A model generated the notes under the pieces. It ran no database searches and had not been told where the DNA came from. It saw nothing but the letters and a program-made list of their open reading frames with translations. Below are positions 58,650-64,000 of a stretch of DNA of 64,000 bases, one piece after another. Where the stretch lies: positions 160,001 to 224,000 of the forward strand of contig OZ253665.1 in NCBI GenBank assembly GCA_965263295.1, read 5' to 3'. The translations under genes and the position numbers were made by a program. Numbering within the stretch: position 1 is the stretch's first letter; each line of letters begins with the position of its first letter. This DNA is from Spirochaetia bacterium (lineage in GTDB: Bacteria > Spirochaetota > Spirochaetia > SP-2023).

Positions 58650-60515
58650 TTATTCTACCTTGTGCACTTGCTGCTCGTTGAAAACTTGGGCATATTCTCC
58701 GCCCAATTTGAGTAGTTCGGCGTGCTTGCCGCGTTCAATGATGCGGCCTGCTTTCAATACGATGATCTGGTCACAATTCATCACTGAGCTGATACGGTGG
58801 GCAATGATAATGCGCGTGTGGTGTGAGTCGATCATCTCCAGTTGTCGCTGGATTTCCTGTTCCGTTTCCATGTCGACGGCTGAGGTCGTGTCGTCCAGGA
58901 TCAGAATGGGCGCCTCTTTTACTAGGGCCCGCGCCAGCGCCGTTCGCTGACGCTGACCACCTGAGAGCCCAATGCCGCGTTCGCCGACGACTGTCTGGTA
59001 ACCTTGCTGCAGGGCGCCGATAAAACCGTGGGCCGCGCTGCGTTGTGCTGAACGGATGACTTTTTCCTGCGATATTGAGGCTTCATTGAAACTGATATTA
59101 AAAGCTAGGGTCTCCGAGAAAAGGAAGGGTTCCTGCATCACGTAGGATATTTGGGCCCGCAAGGTGCGCAGATCCCATTGCCGCAGATCCACGCCGTCCA
59201 GCCTGATCTCGCCGCTGTCTGGGTCGGCAAAGCGACAAAGCAGGTCGGCTAGCGTAGTTTTGCCGGCACCAGTCTCTCCAACTATGCCCAGACTTTGTCC
59301 GGCGGGAACTTTGAAGCTGATGCTTTGCAATACGATCTGATTATTGGCTGCGCCTTTGTTTGCCGCTGGACTGCCGGCCTGTTGGCCCCAGGTCACATCG
59401 CGAAACTCTAGTTCGCCTCGGCCCAGTGGGAACTTGGAAAAACTTTGTCGCTTTTGTTCATCGGGTCTTTGTTCATCGGGTCTTTGTTCATCGGGCCTTT
59501 GTTCATCAGGTCTTTGGGTTTTCGGTATATAGGGATGCTCCGGACTACAGATATGCAGCGGTGCATCGAGGATAGCAAATAAGCGTTCCGACGAGACGCG
59601 AGCAAAATTTACGGTATTGACGAGGTCTCCGAGCTGACGCATGGGCATGACGAGCATCCAGGTATAACTGGTAAACTGTACCCAAGTCCCCAGACTGAAA
59701 TCTCCGCGGATAGCCATATAGCCGCCGACTGTCAGAGCTAGAATATTACTGAAAGAGCCGAGTACTTCAAGTATTGGCATGTATTTGGTCCAGAGGGCAA
59801 CAGAGCGCTGACGGCCTTCGGTCAACTTGTGGTTTCTATGTTGGAAACGTTGAATTTCGCAGTCCTGACTCATGAAGTTTTGAATGACTCGTATCCCGTT
59901 CAGACTCTCTTGGGCAACGGCACTCAGCTTGGCGTAGGCTCTGCGGTTGTAGCGCTGCCGGACTTTGCCAATTTTTGCAAACCTGTGCGCAACCAGACCG
60001 ATTACGGGTGAGATCGCGAGGCAGAGCAGAGTCAGGCGCCAATCCAGGTATAGCATGTATAAGCTCGCCAGAGGGAAGAAGATGATATTAAATATTATGG
60101 CCTTCATACCGTTAGATAGAAAATTTCGTACCTGTTCTATGTCACTGGTAGCACGAGACATTAGCTCGCCCACGGTATTGCGATGGTAAAAACTCATATC
60201 CAGCTTCTGCATGTGGGTAAATAGCTCAATCCGCAAGCGCTGGACTGTTTTTTGGCTGAACCATTCTGTGGACAAGTCGCGCAAATAAATGACTATAGCC
60301 AATGTAAAAAAGCTAGAGATCAGCACTAATAGTAGCCGGTAGAGTTGTTCCTGCCGCGCTTCGAGATCGGCCTGGCTTTTAAATACGGTGTCGATAATCT
60401 GGCCGGTAACCCAAGGGATGCTGATATTAGCTAATAGATCAAGGAATAGCATCACAACTACAAAAATCAAAAATCCCAGATAAGGTTTCATGAAAGGATA
60501 GAGACGTTTGAGCAT
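58650..60515 (-). CDS. ABC exporter subunit (TMD+NBD) with degenerate Walker B; heterodimer partner
   Basis: GETGAGKTT, LSGGQ, ILDDTTSAVD, AHRISS. Confidence 0.95.
   Translation of the reverse strand: MLKRLYPFMKPYLGFLIFVVVMLFLDLLANISIPWVTGQIIDTVFKSQADLEARQEQLYRLLLVLISSFFTLAIVIYLRDLSTEWFSQKTVQRLRIELFTHMQKLDMSFYHRNTVGELMSRATSDIEQVRNFLSNGMKAIIFNIIFFPLASLYMLYLDWRLTLLCLAISPVIGLVAHRFAKIGKVRQRYNRRAYAKLSAVAQESLNGIRVIQNFMSQDCEIQRFQHRNHKLTEGRQRSVALWTKYMPILEVLGSFSNILALTVGGYMAIRGDFSLGTWVQFTSYTWMLVMPMRQLGDLVNTVNFARVSSERLFAILDAPLHICSPEHPYIPKTQRPDEQRPDEQRPDEQRPDEQKRQSFSKFPLGRGELEFRDVTWGQQAGSPAANKGAANNQIVLQSISFKVPAGQSLGIVGETGAGKTTLADLLCRFADPDSGEIRLDGVDLRQWDLRTLRAQISYVMQEPFLFSETLAFNISFNEASISQEKVIRSAQRSAAHGFIGALQQGYQTVVGERGIGLSGGQRQRTALARALVKEAPILILDDTTSAVDMETEQEIQRQLEMIDSHHTRIIIAHRISSVMNCDQIIVLKAGRIIERGKHAELLKLGGEYAQVFNEQQVHKVE
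59453..59512 (-). repeat. 15-bp tandem repeat x4 encoding (RPDEQ)4
   Basis: TTTGTTCATCGGGTC x2, then TTTGTTCATCGGGCC and TTTGTTCATCAGGTC on the + strand. Confidence 0.95.
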
Positions 60516-60754
60516 GAGCGACTCCCGCAGTTTTGGGTTAAAACTTTGAGATATAAAATTAGCCGTATCATAATTAATCGGCCAGAACTGGCTTGGAATG
60601 TATTGCGAATTAGGATTTTATGATAATTTAGGATTTAACTAGTTACTGTGAATTAGAATGAGGTTACAAATACTTTTGCTGTGAAATTTGCTTAGAAAGT
60701 TTGAATCTGCAAATATAAACAATCCAGAAAAAATTGAAATTATGGGTCATTCCC

Positions 60755-60800
60755 TTTTTTATCCCTGTAATTTATCCATAGATAAAACAGGGATAAAAAA
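60755..60800 (-). terminator. Intrinsic (probably bidirectional) terminator of rpsD
   Basis: TTTTTTATCCCTGT-AA-TTTATC-CATA-GATAAA-ACAGGGATAAAAAA hairpin. Confidence 0.9.
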
Positions 60801-60810
60801 GTTGTAAACT

Positions 60811-61431
60811 TTAACGCGAGTAATATTCAACGATCATTTGTTCGTTGGCAATGCTTGGAATTTCTTCGCGAGTTGCTTCGCGTTTCATCTCGCATACTAA
60901 TTCGTCGGCCTTTAGCTCCAGCCAGGCGGGAACACTAGCGGAATTGTGGGCCATCGCTTCGCGCACGAGTTTGCGCGAGACATCGCTGTCCTTTACCGCA
61001 ACCTTATCCCCTGCGCGCAGAGTCACCGAAGGAATGTTGACGCGGCGGCCGTTTACGTAAATGTGACCATGGCTAACGATCTGACGGGCTTGAGCGCGAG
61101 AGCTGCCCCAGGCGAGGCGATAGATAACGCTGTCAAGGCGGCTCTCCAACAAGATCAGAAAATTGTTACCCGTCAAACCTTGCTTGCGCTTTTTAGCGCG
61201 CTGAAATGTGTTGTAGAATTGCTTTTCGCTCAGACCGTAGCCGTAGCGCAGTTTCTGTTTTTCAATCAACTGGCGGCCATACTCCGAAACTTTCTTGCGC
61301 GAGCGTTCACCGCGACCCATGCCGGGTCCTTGGGGTTTCTTGCGCAAGAGGCGGTCATACTTGCGGTGACCGTAAACATTGGTGCCCAGACGGCGCACAA
61401 TTTTACCACGAGCTTTGGTGTTTTGTGCCAT
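60811..61431 (-). CDS. rpsD: 30S ribosomal protein S4
   Basis: SEYGRQLIEKQKLR, LESRLD, ARQIVSHGHIYVNG, NIPS, IVEYYSR; AGGAG RBS before ATG 61431. Confidence 0.98.
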   Translation of the reverse strand: MAQNTKARGKIVRRLGTNVYGHRKYDRLLRKKPQGPGMGRGERSRKKVSEYGRQLIEKQKLRYGYGLSEKQFYNTFQRAKKRKQGLTGNNFLILLESRLDSVIYRLAWGSSRAQARQIVSHGHIYVNGRRVNIPSVTLRAGDKVAVKDSDVSRKLVREAMAHNSASVPAWLELKADELVCEMKREATREEIPSIANEQMIVEYYSR

Positions 61432-61562
61432 AGGATTGCATTCTCCTAGCAAATGTATTCCCGGCCCTTCTGAACTCCCACGAATTGCAAGGCAATTCGT
61501 GCATTCATACTGTTCAGGTCTATGGACCGACTGTGGGCAGCCGAAGGGACGAGTGGGGCCAA

Positions 61563-61591
61563 AATATAATTAAGTTCTTGTTTTTCGTCAA
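61563..61591 (-). promoter_or_regulatory. sigma70 promoter of rpsD
   Basis: TTGACG-17 nt-TATATT on the minus strand. Confidence 0.8.
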
Positions 61592-61631
61592 GATACTGAA
61601 CCTTCACCCCCACTGCCGTCAATACGCCTGC

Positions 61632-62063
61632 TCAATGGACTTTCAGATTATTGGGGCCAAAGCTTTCGGGCAGTAGCTGGCCCAGGTTGAAGCGGGCCCT
61701 GACTTTTTCTGGATTCGCTACCAGGACGTCCAGGCCCTCCGGGCCGGAAATTGTGGCAAATTCGCGCAGCTTTTGACGGCAACCGCCGCACGGAGTGCAT
61801 AGGACTTCTCCCGCACCAACCAGCATTACGGCCTGAGCTTGGAGCTCTCCGCCCATTACCATGGCGGCCAGGGCCGCCGCTTCGGCACAGATCCCTTCGG
61901 GGTAGGCGGCATTTTCTATGTTGCAGCCAGAGTAGATTCGCCCGTTGCTTCCAAGTATTGCCGCGCCGACAGAAAATTGGGAATACGGAGCATAGGCCTT
62001 TTCAAATGCAGCTTTCGCCGCGCGGTGGAGTTTTGCAATTTCTTGTTCGCTTAGTTCTGCCAC
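61632..62063 (-). CDS. cdd: Cytidine deaminase (homotetrameric type)
   Basis: AYAPYSQFSVGAA, GCNIENAAY, CAE, PCGGCRQ, LLPESF. Confidence 0.95.
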   Translation of the reverse strand: MAELSEQEIAKLHRAAKAAFEKAYAPYSQFSVGAAILGSNGRIYSGCNIENAAYPEGICAEAAALAAMVMGGELQAQAVMLVGAGEVLCTPCGGCRQKLREFATISGPEGLDVLVANPEKVRARFNLGQLLPESFGPNNLKVH

Positions 62064-62079
62064 GGTTTTACTCCTCGGT

Positions 62080-63972
62080 TCAAATTACCACATTTACAGC
62101 CGCTTCAACGTGGCCAAAGGGTGCGCTAACTTGCACGCCTTGAATTGGCGCGCCTTGCCGTTTTAGTTTCTGCCAGGTCTCGCGGGCGATGGCCACGCCT
62201 TCGAGCAGCCCTTCTTCTTTGCCTTTGTGTCGCGCCATGCGTGCCATGATGTGCCGCGGAATTTCCACACCTGGGACCTCGTTGGCAAGGAATTCAGCGT
62301 TCTTGTAGCTGGCCAGTGGCCAGATGCCGACAATGACGGGTATGGGGGACAGCCCGGCTTTGGCCAGTTCGCGCTCGCAGTTGTCGAGGCAACGCAACAG
62401 GACGTCGGTCGCAAAGACTGTTTGGGTGATGGCGAAGTCGGCGCCGCCAGCTACTTTGCGCACATAGCGTTCGACTTCAATTTTCAGGTTCAGTGCGCAT
62501 GGGTTTAGGGCCACGCCAACGACATAAGAAATGGACTTTTTCAGGGAGCTGGAGCCTATATCCCGACCGTGCTTTAGTTTTTGTAGGGCCTGAGTCAAGC
62601 CGATGGAATCGATATCGAAGACGCCGCTGCTATTGGGATAGTCCCCAAGTTTTGGCGGGTCGCCGGTAACGGCGAGCAGGTTGCGCAAGCCGGAAGTATA
62701 GCTGCCCAGTAAGTCGGCCTGAATGCTGATTAAATTGCGGTCGCGGCAGGTATAGTGCAAAATAGTTTCAATGCCGACTTTCTGTTCAATTTCAATGGCA
62801 CTCAGCAGTGGCGATATCCGCGCACTGGCACGCGGCCCGTCGGGAATGTTTATCGCGTCAATGCCGGCATCGTTGCACTGCCGCGCGTTGCGCAGCAGGC
62901 GGCCATAGGAGGGAGTCCGTGGTGGCAGCAGTTCGATAGAGCTGACGAGTTCGCCGGCAGCTAGTTTCGCACCCCAACGCGAACGCTCTGCCAAGGGAAT
63001 CGGTTCTAGCATTTCTTCTCGGTTCAGCTGGCAGCTGGGCTGAATCTCAATATGTCGGCGGTCTAGCGAGCGCAGCAGCCGGGCGCAATCGGCGACGTGT
63101 TTCGGGCCAGTGCCACAGCAGCCGCCATAGGCGGCAACTCCGATCTGGCGGAAGCGCTTGCCATACAAAGTAAAATATTCTGGTGTAGTTAGATATATTG
63201 CACGTCCTCCGCTTTCCTGTGGGTAGCCGGCGTTGGGGCGCAGAATTAGAGGTTTGGGACAGTGCCCAATCTGCCGTTCGACAAAGTGAAAAAGCTGGGC
63301 GGGACCGAGCCCGCAATTAAGCATCAAGGCACTGACGTCTTCGCATCTGCTGTATTGTCGCACAAAATCGGCAAAGGCATAACCGCAAGCGCTGATGCCC
63401 TGCTCGCCGATGGTCAAACCGAGAACCAGGGCCGGTTTGACGCCCGTAAGTTGGCTGTAAGCCCGGTATAGTGCCTTGAGTTCCTGGCCGTGGCTAAAGG
63501 TTTCGGCCAGGATCAGGTCGGCTGTTTGCTCGCCGCAGCACAAAGCTTGCAGTTGCTCGGTGAAGGCGGCCTCGACCTGGGCGGCCTGTTCGTCCTGCCA
63601 GATTTGGCTGGGCGTCAGGCAGGGGCCGACAGAAGCCGCCACTAGGTGGCGGCGCTCAGCATCCGTGGCAAACTCATCAGGGTATGCCGCACGCAGTTCG
63701 CTGAAAAGCAGGGCCAAACCCTCTCGGTTAATTTTCAGGACATCGTTTTCCAGGCCGAAACTGGCTAGGCGAAAGCGGTTGGCACTGAAGGTATTGGCGG
63801 TCAGCACGTCGGCTCCGGCGGCTATGTAGCCACGATGGACGCGGCGCACTAATTCGGGATTGCTGAGGTTCTGTCCTTCAAAGCTGTGGTTCAGCATGAC
63901 ACCTTCGGCATATAATTGGGTGCCGATGGCGCCGTCGAACAACAGGAATCCTTGCTGCAGCAAGGATTCCAA
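62080..63972 (-). CDS. Bifunctional homocysteine S-methyltransferase / methylenetetrahydrofolate reductase (YitJ-like)
   Basis: DGAIGT, AGADVL, LNCGLGP, PNAG, GGCCGTGP; MTHFR half CRDRN, VTGDPPK, GADFAITQ, NEVPG. Confidence 0.93.
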   Translation of the reverse strand: MESLLQQGFLLFDGAIGTQLYAEGVMLNHSFEGQNLSNPELVRRVHRGYIAAGADVLTANTFSANRFRLASFGLENDVLKINREGLALLFSELRAAYPDEFATDAERRHLVAASVGPCLTPSQIWQDEQAAQVEAAFTEQLQALCCGEQTADLILAETFSHGQELKALYRAYSQLTGVKPALVLGLTIGEQGISACGYAFADFVRQYSRCEDVSALMLNCGLGPAQLFHFVERQIGHCPKPLILRPNAGYPQESGGRAIYLTTPEYFTLYGKRFRQIGVAAYGGCCGTGPKHVADCARLLRSLDRRHIEIQPSCQLNREEMLEPIPLAERSRWGAKLAAGELVSSIELLPPRTPSYGRLLRNARQCNDAGIDAINIPDGPRASARISPLLSAIEIEQKVGIETILHYTCRDRNLISIQADLLGSYTSGLRNLLAVTGDPPKLGDYPNSSGVFDIDSIGLTQALQKLKHGRDIGSSSLKKSISYVVGVALNPCALNLKIEVERYVRKVAGGADFAITQTVFATDVLLRCLDNCERELAKAGLSPIPVIVGIWPLASYKNAEFLANEVPGVEIPRHIMARMARHKGKEEGLLEGVAIARETWQKLKRQGAPIQGVQVSAPFGHVEAAVNVVI

Positions 63973-64000
63973 AAGGTGGCGCTTTCTGCCGATTTCTTTT

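Noticed and set aside
1..64000. CRISPR array, IS element, prophage, tRNA or rRNA
   Set aside because: All repeats found are short head-to-tail units without spacers; no transposase, integrase, phage or structural-RNA signatures were recognised.

Overview
Core-chromosome segment of a spirochaete (Spirochaetia). This is inferred from the flgN-flgK-flgL-fliW-csrA block, rsmI-flgM, a Treponema/Thermotoga-type fused PyrBI, a spirochaete-type glycerol-3-phosphate acyltransferase and a stand-alone rpsD; the species cannot be named from sequence alone. About 45 CDS are present, including hcp with a divergent Crp/Fnr regulator, lon, sbcCD, rsmA, dusA, cheY, flagellar genes, PilZ and GAF-HD-GYP c-di-GMP genes, pyrBI-pyrE-pyrF, an EIIA/antiporter/CNNM cluster, murJ, smpB, two MCPs, proA, a heterodimeric ABC exporter, rpsD, cdd and a Hcy-methyltransferase/MTHFR fusion. 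No rRNA, tRNA, CRISPR array or transposase was seen. Most interesting signals: (1) an orphan gene with an AT-hook and histone-H1-like tail behind a near-consensus promoter and about 790 bp of very AT-rich DNA (candidate nucleoid or silencing protein); (2) a candidate pyr attenuator in which a leaderless 20-codon uORF runs into an intrinsic terminator; (3) a window-wide excess of short (mostly 9-15 bp) tandem duplications, in frame inside housekeeping genes and of arbitrary period between genes; (4) an orphan toxin-like PD-(D/E)XK nuclease; (5) a PTS-EIIA/PII-like fusion beside a cation:H+ antiporter. All family assignments come from motif recognition by eye, not database searches.
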